A program made the translations under genes and the position numbers. The notes under the pieces were generated by a model. It made no database searches and was not told where the DNA came from. It saw only the letters and a list, made by a program, of their open reading frames with translations. DNA of 64,000 nucleotides from an uncultured Methylomirabilota bacterium. Its GTDB lineage: Bacteria; Methylomirabilota; Methylomirabilia; Methylomirabilales; 2-02-FULL-66-22. Location of the stretch: positions 160,001-224,000 of the forward strand of contig CAWJSJ010000002.1 of NCBI GenBank assembly GCA_963845565.1, in the 5' to 3' direction. Each line of letters begins with the position of its first letter. The stretch's first letter is position 1. Shown here in pieces: positions 30,574 to 41,436 of the stretch.

Positions 30574-31911
30574 TCAGGCGAGCCCCATCGCCCGCACTTC
30601 CTCGGTCAGGCACCGGTCGAGGATCGCCACCGCTTCGTCGAGGTCCGCTTTGCCGATGATCAGCGGCGGGGCGAATTCCAGCGCCGTGTTCATGGCCTTG
30701 ATGATCATCCCCTGCTCCCGCGCCCGGTCGACCAGGCGGGTGAGGCCCGCCGCCGGGAACGGCGCATGGGTGGCCTTGTCCGTCGTGAGCTCCAGGGCCG
30801 CCCACAGACCGATGCCCCGTGCTTCGCCGACGATGGGATGGCGCTCCAGCTCCTTGAGGCGGCCGAGGAAGTACTCGCCCTGCCGCCGCGAGTTCTCGAC
30901 CAGCTGCTCGCGCTTGATGATCTCGATGTTGGTGAGCGAGGCGGCGCACGCCACCGGATGGTTCATGTAGGTCTGTAGGTTGGCGAACATCTCTACGGGC
31001 CGGACGACCGCGTCGGTGGCTCCCACCGCCCCCATGGGCACGTAGCCGCTGGAGATCCCCTTGGCCATGGTCATCAAGTCCGGCCGGATCCCGAAGTGCT
31101 CGCTGGCGAACCACGTGCCCGTGCGGCCGAACCCGCAGATGACCTCGTCGACGATCAGAAGGATCCCGTACCGGTCGCAGATCTCTCGGATGATCGGCCA
31201 GTATTCCGGCGGCGGCGCGCAGACCCCGAACGCCTGCTGGATCGGCTCGCCGATGAAGGCCATGACCTGACTCGGATCCTCGAACTGGATGAGACGCTCG
31301 ACGTCCCGGGCACAGGCGAGGTCGCACCCCGGATAGGTGAGGTGCAGGGGGCAGCGATAGCAGTAGGGCGACTCCGCGAAGATGGTACCTGGGGGAAGGG
31401 GCTCCATCATCTGCCGGATGGGAAGGACCGTCCCCAGCACGCGCAGCGCGCCCCCCGTCACGCCGTGGAAGGCGCCGCGACGGCTGACCATCTTGAACCG
31501 TGCCCGCTCACCCCGGTGGTGATGATAGTGCTTGGCCAGCTTCAGGGCCGACTCCACCGCCTCGGAGCCGCTGCTCACGAACAGGAAGTTGGCGATGGGC
31601 GCGGGCACCAGTGCGGCCAGCACGGCGGCCAGCTCGACGGCGCGCGGGTTGCCGAACTGCATCGGGGTGTAATACGGCATCGCCAGGATCTGGTCGGCCA
31701 CCGCCTGGGCCATCTCCTTCCGTCCGTAGCCGATGTGGACCGGCCGGGTCCACCCCGAGACGAGGTCCAGGTAGGCCTTGCCGTGCTGGTCGAAGATGCG
31801 CACCCCTTCGGCCCGCGCGATGATGGGAATACCTCTCTCCAGGTCCCCCTTCGAAGTTCTGGGGTAGATCACGTGGTCCTGGCTGCAGCCCTGCACATTG
31901 GAATCCGGCAT
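30574..31911 (-). CDS. Class III PLP-dependent aminotransferase
   Basis: SSGSEAVE, FHG, LLIVDEVICGFGRTG, MAKGISSGY. Confidence 0.93.
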   Translation of the reverse strand: MPDSNVQGCSQDHVIYPRTSKGDLERGIPIIARAEGVRIFDQHGKAYLDLVSGWTRPVHIGYGRKEMAQAVADQILAMPYYTPMQFGNPRAVELAAVLAALVPAPIANFLFVSSGSEAVESALKLAKHYHHHRGERARFKMVSRRGAFHGVTGGALRVLGTVLPIRQMMEPLPPGTIFAESPYCYRCPLHLTYPGCDLACARDVERLIQFEDPSQVMAFIGEPIQQAFGVCAPPPEYWPIIREICDRYGILLIVDEVICGFGRTGTWFASEHFGIRPDLMTMAKGISSGYVPMGAVGATDAVVRPVEMFANLQTYMNHPVACAASLTNIEIIKREQLVENSRRQGEYFLGRLKELERHPIVGEARGIGLWAALELTTDKATHAPFPAAGLTRLVDRAREQGMIIKAMNTALEFAPPLIIGKADLDEAVAILDRCLTEEVRAMGLA

Positions 31912-31931
31912 CGCTCGCCTCCTTCGTCTGG

Positions 31932-32034
31932 TTAGGAGCCGTTACGAAATAACCTATACATCTCTTTTTATTTCGTTACGGCTCCTTATGCCGTTTCGGA
32001 ATCTCCGCTCAACTAATTCTTTGACAACGGCTTA
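31932..32034 (+). repeat. Double-hairpin intergenic repeat family R2, copy A
   Basis: TTAGGAGCCGTTACGAAAT..ATTTCGTTACGGCTCCTTA-TGCCGTT..TTGACAACGGCTTA; three copies in the window. Confidence 0.9.
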
Positions 32035-32236
32035 CCGACGGCACGGGGTGACCGTGCTGACGCTACCGTGGAGCACCGGGCGGGGTCAAGCCCAAAGGTG
32101 ACGGCGTCCGGTCGGCTGTGCCGCCGATTTCACCTGGGTCCCGCAGCGCCACGGAGAAGGGTCTTTCACCGGGACTGCCAACCTTGTATAACGTTACGGG
32201 GCGCCGCCACCGACATTCCACGCAGGAGGTCGTTCC

Positions 32237-33463
32237 ATGAAGTCTCGGCAGGCCCTCTGCCTCGTCTCGGTCGCACTCACGCTGCTCATTTCGGGTGCAC
32301 TTCCCCCGTCGGTCTTTGCGGCCGGTCCCGGGGACGCCCGCAATGTGGAGTTGGTCGGTCGCCTGGATATCGAAGGCGGGGGGATGGTGGATGTCCAGGG
32401 TAACCTTGCCGTCATCGGCCACATGGCGCCCCCGCACGCCACCAGCCTCCTGGACGTCTCCGATCCCGCACGTCCCACGCTGCTCGCACGCATCCCCACC
32501 ACGCCGGGCACCCATTCCCACAAGGCGCGGCTCTGCGGGAGCGTCCTGATCACGAACCACGAACGGTATGGGGGGTGGGGGCCGGGGAGCCGGGTGGGGC
32601 TCGGGTTGTTTGACGTCTCGGACCCTCGGCGGCCGAAGGAAATCGGCTTCCTGGAGATGGGCGGCGCGAACGGCCGGGGGACCGGGGTCCACCGGTTCCA
32701 GGCGGATTGCCCCCGGAAGCTGATCTACGCCGGCGCCGGTATCGAGGGCTACCAGGGCAACGTCACGCTGATCGTGGATTTCTCGGACCCGCGGAACCCA
32801 CGAGAAGTGTCCCGATGGTGGATGCCCGGCCAGTGGACCGCGGGCGGCGAGAGGTCAGCGGGCGGGGTGAGCTACCGGACCCATCACCCCAACCGGCTGG
32901 AAGACCGCCTCTACGTCCCGCTCTGGATGGGGGGCGTGGCCATCGTCGACGTCGCCGACATCGCGAATCCGAAGACGGTGAGCCACCTGAACTATTCTCG
33001 ACCCTCCGGCGCCCCCACCCATACGACCCTGCCTGTCCGGCATCCGATCCTGGGGCGCCGCTGGCTGGTCGTCTTCGACGAGGACCTCGGCAGTGGGTGC
33101 GAGCGACCGGCGGGGATGTGGATGGTGGACATCACCGACGAGACCCGGCCCGTGGTCGCTGCGGAATTCCAGCCTCCACGTCCCGCGCGCTGTGAGGGCC
33201 GCAGCGGCGCTCACCAGCCCCACGAGACAGTCCGCCCCGACAACCTCGTGTACGCTGCCTGGTTTTCCCGCGGCCTCCGGGTCATCGATATCTCGAACCC
33301 CGCCCGCCCCGTCGAGGTGGGCCACTATCTTCCCCGCTTCGCCAAGGGCCGGCTGCCCCTGAGCAACGACGTCTTCGTGGACCACCGGGGACTCATCTAC
33401 CTGATCGACCGCGACAACGGCTTGGACATCCTGCGGTTCACGAGAGGGCGGAGCGGTTCCTGA
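32237..33463 (+). CDS. Secreted LVIVD-repeat protein
   Basis: Signal peptide; repeated LLDVSDP, LFDVSDP, IVDFSDP, IVDVADI, MVDITDE and VIDISNP; His-rich conserved positions. Confidence 0.85.
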   Translation: MKSRQALCLVSVALTLLISGALPPSVFAAGPGDARNVELVGRLDIEGGGMVDVQGNLAVIGHMAPPHATSLLDVSDPARPTLLARIPTTPGTHSHKARLCGSVLITNHERYGGWGPGSRVGLGLFDVSDPRRPKEIGFLEMGGANGRGTGVHRFQADCPRKLIYAGAGIEGYQGNVTLIVDFSDPRNPREVSRWWMPGQWTAGGERSAGGVSYRTHHPNRLEDRLYVPLWMGGVAIVDVADIANPKTVSHLNYSRPSGAPTHTTLPVRHPILGRRWLVVFDEDLGSGCERPAGMWMVDITDETRPVVAAEFQPPRPARCEGRSGAHQPHETVRPDNLVYAAWFSRGLRVIDISNPARPVEVGHYLPRFAKGRLPLSNDVFVDHRGLIYLIDRDNGLDILRFTRGRSGS

Positions 33464-33553
33464 ACAGGGACACACCGAGGAGAGCGGCGCCATCCGGCGC
33501 AGAGACACACCCACGGGAGGGGTTCGGCAGCGAACTGAAAAACCCGTTTCCCC

Positions 33554-33699
33554 CAGGCTGCTCAAAACGGTCCAAATGCCAGGCGGCACGCTGTAGCCCG
33601 AGCGAGGCGTACTGGAGGTACGCCGCAGCGAGTGGCGAGGCGGGCGGGGCACCCAGCCAAAGGCTGGGTCACCGCAGATGGGCCGTTTTCAGCAGCCTG
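33554..33699 (+). repeat. Repeat family R1, copy 3 (carries an extra hairpin module)
   Basis: CAGGCTGCTCAAAACGGTCCA...GGGCACCCAGCCAAAGGCTGGGTC...TGGGCCGTTTTCAGCAGCCTG. Confidence 0.9.
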
Positions 33700-35943
33700 T
33701 CAGGGCGCCGTGTCTCGTGGCAACGCCTTTTGAACTATCGCGGCGATCGGATCGTCGGGGGCGCGGCGGACGAATCCTTCCAAGAGGCGACGCGCGATGG
33801 GCAGCGAGCTGCGCAGCAGGTGGTCCCCCGCCGTCCGGCGCAGCAGCGGCGCGTGCGCCGGGTCCGAAAGCACCACGCCCAGCACCCGAGCCGCGCGCTC
33901 CGTCGGAATGACCGCCACCACGCGCACGGCGGTGTCCAGTGCGCCTGGCTTGGTCCCCTTGCTGAGCTGGAGGAACCGCTCCAGCCCGTCAATCGTGGCG
34001 GGGTCCTTGCGGAACGAGAGCTCCTCGAGCGCCTTCTCGGCGGCGCCCGGCTCCAGGGCCGGAAGCGCGTCGGCCAGGGCTGCCATGGCCCCGGGCGCCC
34101 GGCTCTTCACCATGGCGGAAACCGCCGCCTGCTGCACTCGCCCCTCCGGATGTCGGAGCGCACCCTGCATTCTCTGGGGCAGCTCCGGATCGTCCAGATC
34201 GCCCAGGACGGTGCAGGCATCACGCGCCACCGACCACCGCGCGTCACCCAACCGCTGGCGCGCCGCCTCGATCGCGGCCGGCCCGAGCTGCGTCAGCAGG
34301 CGCAGCAGGAGCGGGCGCCTGGGCATCTCCGCCTCCTCCGCCAGACGGCGGAAGGCTTCTTCTCCGCTCGCCGACCCCAGCCATCGCAAGAGCTCCACGG
34401 TCGTCTTGCAGAGTCCGGCGTCACCTCGTTTCTCCAGATAGACGTCGATCAGTCGCGACGCCGCCTCGGGAGGAAGCAGACGCCCCAACGCCGCGCCGCA
34501 ACACGCCTCGTGCCGGCGCGGATCGCGAGCGCGCGAGTGTTCCAGCACCAACCCCGCACGATGAGCCGGATCCAGGTCCCCGGCAGCGGTCGCGATCCGA
34601 ACCACGCCGGCAAGCGCGTCGGCGACCGCCGCGTGGCACTCCGCGGTGAGCTGGTGCTCGTCCAGCAGCTCCGTACCGAACCGGTCGGCGACCTCGAGCA
34701 GGAACGCCAGGGTCGGCGGTTCGGCCATGAGGCGCAGCAGTTGGAGCGCCCTGGGCAGCTCGGCCTGCACGATGGATGACGAAGCATCCAGGAAACGGAA
34801 ATAGTGGCCGGCGACCTCCAGGGCCGGGTCGTACTTCCGCGCCCCGAGGCATTCCTTGACGTAGTCGAGCAAGCTTTGGAATTCTTGGTCGTCGTACTGC
34901 GTCGCCTGGAGGAGCCGCTCGCGCCGCTCACTCTCCGAAAGGCCGCCCCACAGGACGCCGTGCCGAATGCGTTGATACGTTTCGGGAGGTAGGTGTGCCT
35001 CCTCCAGTGTGCGAGCGAGCTTCTCCAGAACGCGGTCCGCCATCTGGGTCATGCTCAAGCCGACCATCATGACTTGGATGGCCTCCCCCTCGGCGACGGC
35101 CGCCGACGGCCCCGGGGGCGCGGCGGCGAGGTGCCTGGAGACCCACGCCACGGTCGCGTCTTCCACCACATTGGCGGCGATATCTTCCGCCGGTCGCCCA
35201 CGCAGTTCGGCTTGCGTGCCGATCGGCAGGGCGGACAGCAGATGCTCGGGAGGCACCTGGCGCAGCAACTGGGCCAGGGCGGCCACCACCTCGCGGGGAT
35301 CGGCCGTCTGCTGCACGAGGGCGGCCTCGGTCGCCTTGCCGGCCAGCGCCAGGATTTCTTTTCCGTCGGGAAGTGCGTCGGAGGAGGCTCGCTCCATCTG
35401 CGCGAAGCGCACCAGGGCATCCAGCCCCGACCCGCCTCCCAGGCCCTGGGAGGTCGGGGGCTTGTCGCCCCGCAAATACGATTCGGCGTCCGTGTCCAGC
35501 ACGGTGTCGCCGCCGTCCTGCTTCTTGACCGGCACCACGCGGACGCGGCCGACGGGATGCTCGGCGAGGAACTTCGCGATGCCCCCCTTGGCTTCGATCT
35601 CTTTCGGCTTCGCGGCCAGGACGCGCAGCGCCTGTTGAAACTCCGCCCGGCTGATCTCCCCCGGGAACGTGATGGCAGCGATGCCGCGCTTGCCGAACTC
35701 CGCTTGGAGCATGCCCAGCAGGGGGTCGTCCGTGAGGAGGTCGTTCAGGAGTACCCGATGATCCGCAAATCCGAAGGTGAACTGCGGCGCGAGCTGCAGC
35801 AGGATTCGGAGGGTGTCATAGGCTTGCTCCACGGCCTTTCCGGCCGCGGGATGGTCCACCGAGTACATGACCACAGCCTTGAAGGCGGTCTGGACGTTGC
35901 GCCCGAACGTCAGCCCCTGCGCTTTGAGTTGTGCCTTGTCCAT
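33700..35943 (-). CDS. HEAT-repeat-containing protein
   Basis: C-terminal LGDARWSVARDACTVLG and LRHPEGRVQQAAVSAM HEAT-like units; helical composition. Confidence 0.75.
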   Translation of the reverse strand: MDKAQLKAQGLTFGRNVQTAFKAVVMYSVDHPAAGKAVEQAYDTLRILLQLAPQFTFGFADHRVLLNDLLTDDPLLGMLQAEFGKRGIAAITFPGEISRAEFQQALRVLAAKPKEIEAKGGIAKFLAEHPVGRVRVVPVKKQDGGDTVLDTDAESYLRGDKPPTSQGLGGGSGLDALVRFAQMERASSDALPDGKEILALAGKATEAALVQQTADPREVVAALAQLLRQVPPEHLLSALPIGTQAELRGRPAEDIAANVVEDATVAWVSRHLAAAPPGPSAAVAEGEAIQVMMVGLSMTQMADRVLEKLARTLEEAHLPPETYQRIRHGVLWGGLSESERRERLLQATQYDDQEFQSLLDYVKECLGARKYDPALEVAGHYFRFLDASSSIVQAELPRALQLLRLMAEPPTLAFLLEVADRFGTELLDEHQLTAECHAAVADALAGVVRIATAAGDLDPAHRAGLVLEHSRARDPRRHEACCGAALGRLLPPEAASRLIDVYLEKRGDAGLCKTTVELLRWLGSASGEEAFRRLAEEAEMPRRPLLLRLLTQLGPAAIEAARQRLGDARWSVARDACTVLGDLDDPELPQRMQGALRHPEGRVQQAAVSAMVKSRAPGAMAALADALPALEPGAAEKALEELSFRKDPATIDGLERFLQLSKGTKPGALDTAVRVVAVIPTERAARVLGVVLSDPAHAPLLRRTAGDHLLRSSLPIARRLLEGFVRRAPDDPIAAIVQKALPRDTAP

Positions 35944-36163
35944 AGGGTCAACGAAGAGAGGGGTTGCCTGGGGTGCCCGGCCGCCGCACGGTGGGCGGTT
36001 CACGGCTGCGCCCGAAGGTATCGCCGAGGGGAATGCGAAGTCAAGGGGAAAGGCCGCACTCACTTCGCGTCGCGGGACGCATCCGAACGACGCCTCGCGC
36101 ACCCGCTGCGCCGACCAGATTCCCCGCGGGCAGGACATGACGATGCTAATAGATCGCTTCTCT

Positions 36164-36288
36164 CAGGCTGCTCAAGAAGGCTCAGATGCAAGGCGGCGAG
36201 CGTAAAGCCGAGTGAGGCGTACTCCAGGTACGCCGCAACGAGCGCTTAAGCGCGCCAACGCAGCAGATGGGCCGTTTTCAGCAGCCTG
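36164..36288 (+). repeat. Repeat family R1, copy 4
   Basis: CAGGCTGCTCAAGAAGGCTCAGATGCAAGGCGG...GGCGTACtccagGTACGCC...TGGGCCGTTTTCAGCAGCCTG. Confidence 0.9.
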
Positions 36289-37641
36289 CTAGAGGCCGTA
36301 CACTCGCTTGAGCTGCTCCACACCCCAATCCACCGCCGCCTTGGCGTCGCCGGACTGGACGGCCCGGGCGAAGACGTCCACCACGATGTACTTGGACCAG
36401 GACATGGAGGCCTTCTCGGTCGGCGGCCCGGGGTAGCCGATCGGGACGCCGTACCTGGGTTCCTCTCGGAACACCGTCACCTTGGGATCCTTGAACCACA
36501 TCGGATCGTCGGCCAGGCGCTTCACGTGCTGGAGATGATACCCCTCCTGCAGCCGCCACCAGGTATCGTACTGCTCGTCCTGAAACCACCACTTCAGGAA
36601 CTCTCTCGCCGCGGGGACATTCTGGGAATTCTTAAGGATCCCCATCGTGCGCGTCCCGAGCTGGTAAAAGCGGCCGGCCGGCCCCTTGGGGATGTGCATG
36701 TGCTGCATGTCCGCCGCGATCTCGGGCCGGTCCTTCTTGGCCGCGACGTAGATACTCGAGCCGTTCAGCGTGCAGGCAACCTGGCCGGAGAGGAACGAGC
36801 GGTTGTTGTTGCTGTCGTCCCAGGACGTGCCCGTGGTGTCGTATCCATCCTTCCAGGCCTGGATGAACTTTCGCAGGGCCTCAACGAACTCCGGCTTGTT
36901 GAACTGGATCACCCTGCCGTCCGCGTCGGTCTCGGCCGCCCCGTAGGACCACATATAGGGATAGCAGAACGACGGCGGGTCCCCGGTGCTGTGGCCGAGG
37001 GCCTGACCGAAGGGGCGCCCCTTCTCCTTGCACTTCTTGGCCAGTGCGTGGAACTCGTCCCAGGTCAGGTCCAGCTTGGCGCCGTCCTCGGCGTTCGCAA
37101 CCCCAGCCTCCTTGAACCAGCCGATCCGGTAATTCATGGCGATATTGGTGCTGCCGTGCGGTATGCCGTACCAACGGCCGCCGACATTTCCGGACTTCAG
37201 AACGTACTCCTCGAAACCTCCGCCTCGTCGCCCAACTTCCTCGGCGTCCTCGGTGATGTCGACCAGGTTGTCCTTGTACAGATAGTTGGCCGCCGGCCAC
37301 AGCTCCGCGACGTCCACCCCGCCGGCATGGATCGCGGCGGAGATCTTGGGCTGCACGTTCGCCCAGCTCAGGAAGTCGGTGACGACCGTCACGCCGGCCA
37401 GCTTGCCCCATTCCTGGGCCTGCTTCCGGAAGAGATCCTGGGCCGCGGCCACGAAGTAGGTGCCCTTCAGGATGGCCAGCTTGGTTCCCTTGAGGTGGGT
37501 GGGCGCCTGGCCGAAGGCCTTCCCGGCCAGAGATCCAAGCCCGCTGAGGCCCAGCCCCGCGGCGGCGCCCGCCTTGAGAACCGTTCGGCGGCTCACTGAG
37601 GGATTCCACCGCCCACCGTGACCCTGACGCGTTCGAGTCAT
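36289..37641 (-). CDS. Orphan extracellular solute-binding protein, Tat signal; paralog of 5990-7321
   Basis: SRRTVLK; long identical blocks with the first binding protein, e.g. KFIQAWKDGYDTTGTSWDDSNNNR and FGQALGHSTGDPP. Confidence 0.9.
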   Translation of the reverse strand: MTRTRQGHGGRWNPSVSRRTVLKAGAAAGLGLSGLGSLAGKAFGQAPTHLKGTKLAILKGTYFVAAAQDLFRKQAQEWGKLAGVTVVTDFLSWANVQPKISAAIHAGGVDVAELWPAANYLYKDNLVDITEDAEEVGRRGGGFEEYVLKSGNVGGRWYGIPHGSTNIAMNYRIGWFKEAGVANAEDGAKLDLTWDEFHALAKKCKEKGRPFGQALGHSTGDPPSFCYPYMWSYGAAETDADGRVIQFNKPEFVEALRKFIQAWKDGYDTTGTSWDDSNNNRSFLSGQVACTLNGSSIYVAAKKDRPEIAADMQHMHIPKGPAGRFYQLGTRTMGILKNSQNVPAAREFLKWWFQDEQYDTWWRLQEGYHLQHVKRLADDPMWFKDPKVTVFREEPRYGVPIGYPGPPTEKASMSWSKYIVVDVFARAVQSGDAKAAVDWGVEQLKRVYGL

Positions 37642-37716
37642 GATCGCCCTCCTCTCGCGGCCTTCTGTGCGGGGTGTGTGCTCGGGGAGTCCCGGCGCGT
37701 GGAACCCGCCCGCCCC

Positions 37717-37820
37717 TAAGCCGTTGTCAAAGAATAACTTGACTGGAATATTCCCGTAACGGCATAAGGAGCCGTCAACGAAATAAAGAAATGGACAAGT
37801 CATTTCGTAACGGCTCCTAA
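37717..37820 (-). repeat. Repeat family R2, copy B (inverted)
   Basis: Reverse complement reads TTAGGAGCCGTTACGAAAT..ATTTCGTTGACGGCTCCTTATGCCGTT..TTGACAACGGCTTA. Confidence 0.9.
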
Positions 37821-39483
37821 GACGGCTCGACGCCGCGTTCGTTGAGCAGCTTCACGCCGAGCTCCCGGAGTTTGTATTTCTGGATCTTGCCGCTCGCGGT
37901 CATCGGGTAGGCATCCACGAAGAACACGTGTCGCGGCACCTTGAAGTTCGCGATCTTGCCCCGGCAGAAGTCCTGCACGTCCTCCTCGGTGATGGTGGCG
38001 CCGTCCTTCCTGATGACGAAGGCGCCCACCTCTTCCCCGTACTTGGGGCTGGCGATCCCGGCCACCTGGATGTCCCGGACGCCCTCCATGCGAAGGAGGA
38101 ACTCCTCGATCTCGCGCGGGGAGATGTTCTCACCGCCGCGGATGATCATGTCCTTGATCCGACCCGTGATCTTGAAGTAGCCGTTCTCGTCCATCGTGCC
38201 GAGGTCGCCGGAGTGCAGCCAGCCCGTCGCGCGTCGATGGCCTGCGCGGTCGCCTCGGGCATCTCGTAATAGCCCTTCATCACGTTGTAGCCCCGGCAGA
38301 CCACCTCCCCCTGCGTCCCGGCGGCACCTCGGTGTTTGTCTCGGGATTCACGATCCGCACCTCGATCCCCGGCAGGCGCTGCCCGACGGTGGAGACGCGC
38401 AGCTCGATAGGGTCGTCGGTGGAGGTCTGCGTCATGACCGGCGAGCCCTCGGTGAGGCCGTAGGCGATGGTGATGTCGCGGCACTTCATGTCCGCGATCA
38501 CCCGCTTCATGATCTCCATCGGGCAGGGCGAGCCCGCCATGATGCCGGTGCGGAGTGAGGTACAGGTCGAACATCGCGAACATGGGATGGTTCAGCTCCG
38601 CGATGAACATCGTCGGCACGCCGTAGAGCGCCGTGCACTTCTCCTTCTGGACCGAGGCCAGGACGAGGAGCGGATCGAAGCTCTCCACGATCACCGCCGT
38701 GGCCCCGTGCGTGACGATGGCCATGATGCCCCAGCACCAGGCCGAAGCAGTGAAACAGCGGGCACCGGCAGGCAGAGCGCGCGTCGGCCTCGGTGAACTT
38801 CTGCCGTTCGCCGATGTGGAAACCGTTGTTGAGGATGTTGTGGTGGGTGAGCATCACCCCCTTGGGGAAGCCCGTCGTCCCCGAGGTGTACTGCATGTTG
38901 ATCACGTCGTGGCAGGTCAGGCCCGCCGAGACGCCCTCGCCAGCGCCTCGTCGCTGCGCGTGGGCGCCGAGGAGGAGCAGCTCCTGGGTGTTGTACATCC
39001 CCCGGTGCTTCTCCGGCCCGATGAAGATCACGCTCTCGCAGCCGCGGGAAGCGCGCGCGATCTGGAGCCGGCCCCGCTCGCAGGACTTCAGCTCGGGCAC
39101 CAGCTCGTTGACCATGGCCACGTAGTCGCTGTCGCGGAAGCCGTCGATCAGGCACAGGGCCCGGATGTCCGACTGCTTCACCAGGTACTCCAGCTCGTGA
39201 CGTCCGGTAGGCGGTGTTCACCGTCACGGACGACGACCCCGATCTTGGCGGTGGCAAAGAGCAGCGTGAGCCAGTCGGGGACGTTGGTGGCCCAGATACC
39301 GAGGTGGTCGCCCTTGCCGAGGCCGATGGCCAACAGACCCTTGGCGAGCGCGTTCACTCGGCGATCGAACTCCGCGTAGGTGAAGCGCAGGTTCCGATCG
39401 GGATAGACCATGAACTCCTTGTCGGGATGGCGGGCAACCTGCGCTTCCAGCACCCGACCGAGGGTATCGGTAATGTAGTCCAT
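37817..39483 (-). pseudogene. AMP-binding acyl-CoA synthetase broken by many frameshifts (pseudogene or low-quality assembly)
   Basis: Pieces across frames: [49 protein letters not shown]. Confidence 0.88.
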
Positions 39484-39500
39484 GCGGGCTCCTTCCGGGA

Positions 39501-40077
39501 TCACGACGGGGCGTACACGACCGCCAGGATCTGGGCGGGCCGGTCCCCGGCGCTATGTACGCTGTGGGCAACGATGCTGTCGTAGTAGATCGAGTCGCCG
39601 GTGGCAAGCCGGTAGGTCTCGGTGCCGTAGGTGATCTCGACCTCGCCGGAGAACACGTAGATGAATTCCTCGCCCTCGTGGGCCGACGGCGTCACCTCTT
39701 GGGCCGAGGAGGGAAAGATGTCGATCAGGAACGGCTCCATGTGGCGACCCGCCTTGTTGGCCGCCAGAGAAAAGAAGTCCAGGTCGCTCGACCCCGGGTG
39801 CTTCTTGTCCGACACGTACATCACCTTGCGCTTCTCCCCCGACCGGACGACCACGGGCCCCACATTCTCCTGGTCGTCGAGGAAGGTCCCGAGCCGCACG
39901 CCCGAGGGCCCGGGCGATGCGAATCAGGGGCCCCAGCGACGGAATCAGCGCGCCCGATTCGATCTGGCCGATGACCACCGCCTTCAGGTCGGCGCGGTCC
40001 GCCAACTGCTCAACGCTCAGGCCCCGCGACTCGCGTACCGCCTGCAGCTTCCAGCCGATCGTGTTCTTGTCCGCCAT
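39501..40077 (-). CDS. XRE-family HTH + cupin transcriptional regulator, frameshift near 39900
   Basis: N-terminal HTH ([22 protein letters not shown]) and cupin ([18 protein letters not shown]) in different frames. Confidence 0.87.
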
Positions 40078-40250
40078 GCGTCACCTCGCCGCCATCCGTG
40101 GTTGGCCGGCCCGGTCCCGCCCATCGGGCCGGGCCCGCGACACGGATTGTGCACATTTTTTCGATCCGTTCAAGGAGAAGTCCCGCAATGTCGTGAGAGT
40201 ATCCCAGGCGCCACGCTCCAGGTCAACGTGGCAGAGCCAAGCGCATCTCC

Positions 40251-40279
40251 TTGACACCCATTTCGTACGCTGATAGTTT
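40251..40279 (+). promoter_or_regulatory. Sigma70-like promoter upstream of the leuB-like gene
   Basis: TTGACA-N17-TAGTTT with an extended TG. Confidence 0.5.
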
Positions 40280-40365
40280 GCCTCGCGTTTCTTGGAGCCG
40301 GAGCAGGGATGCCTGTGACATGCGTGCCACCTGACGGTTCGGACAGCAAGGGAGGGGATGCGACC

Positions 40366-41436
40366 ATGGCCAAGAAGAGCTACAAGATTGCGGTGGTCCC
40401 CGGCGACGGCACCGGACCCGAGGTGATCCGGGAGGCCCTGAAAGTCCTCAACGCCGCCGAGAGGCGATTCGGCTTCTCGCTGGCCTTGACGAACTACGAT
40501 CTCGGCGCGGAGCGGTATCTGCGGACCGGCGAGATCCTGCCGGCCTCGGTCCTCCAGGAGCTGCGCGGTTTCGACGGAATCCTTTTGGGCGCCATCGGGC
40601 ACCCCGACATCACGCCCGGCCTGCTGGAGAAGGGGATCTTGCTGCAGATGCGGTTCGACCTGGACCTGTACATCAACCTGCGTCCGGTGAAACTGTTCCC
40701 GGGCGTCGAGTGTCCGCTGAAAGACAAGGGACCGGAGCACATCGACTACGTCGTCGTGCGCGAGAACACCGGCGACGTCTATACCGGCGCGGGCGGGGCG
40801 ATGATGAAGGGCACCCCCCATGAGGTCGCCACACAGATCTCGCTCTACAGCCGGCACCAGGTGGATCGGTGCCTCAAGTACGCCTTCGAATACGCACGCC
40901 GGCGCAATAGGCGCAAGACGCTGGCGCTGTGCGGGAAGACCAACGTCCTGACCTACGTGTACGAGATGTGGGAGCGGGCCTTCCACGAGATGGGGGGCCG
41001 GGATTACCCGGACATCAAACGCGAGTATTACCATGTGGACGCCATCTGCATGTGGATGATCAAGAACCCCGAGTGGTTCGACGTGATCGTCACCGGCAAC
41101 ATGTTCGGCGACATCATCACCGACCTCGCCGCCATCACCCAGGGCGGCCTGGGGATCGCCGCCAGCGGCAACATCAACCCCGAGGGGGTCAGCATGTTCG
41201 AGCCGATGGGCGGCTCCGCACCCAAGTACGCCGGGAAGAACGTCATCAATCCGCTGGCGGCCATCTGCGCGGGCGGGATGATGCTGGACACCCTGGGCGA
41301 GTCCGCCGCCGCCAAGGCCGTCGAGGACGCCGTGATGTGGACCACGGCGAACAAGGTTCGAAACCTCGCCGCGGGCCAGATGGGCTACACCACCACCGAG
41401 GTCGGCGACCTGGTGGCCACCCGGGTGGCCGGATAG
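40366..41436 (+). CDS. leuB: 3-isopropylmalate dehydrogenase (isocitrate/isopropylmalate dehydrogenase family)
   Basis: PGDGTGPEV, LYINLRP, VRENT, NMFGDIITDL, FEPMGGSAP; substrate not provable because it is not in a leu operon. Confidence 0.75.
   Translation: MAKKSYKIAVVPGDGTGPEVIREALKVLNAAERRFGFSLALTNYDLGAERYLRTGEILPASVLQELRGFDGILLGAIGHPDITPGLLEKGILLQMRFDLDLYINLRPVKLFPGVECPLKDKGPEHIDYVVVRENTGDVYTGAGGAMMKGTPHEVATQISLYSRHQVDRCLKYAFEYARRRNRRKTLALCGKTNVLTYVYEMWERAFHEMGGRDYPDIKREYYHVDAICMWMIKNPEWFDVIVTGNMFGDIITDLAAITQGGLGIAASGNINPEGVSMFEPMGGSAPKYAGKNVINPLAAICAGGMMLDTLGESAAAKAVEDAVMWTTANKVRNLAAGQMGYTTTEVGDLVATRVAG

Noticed and set aside
32085..32185. Possible cobalamin or c-di-GMP riboswitch upstream of the LVIVD gene
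   Set aside because: Only scattered partial motifs; core conserved elements are absent.
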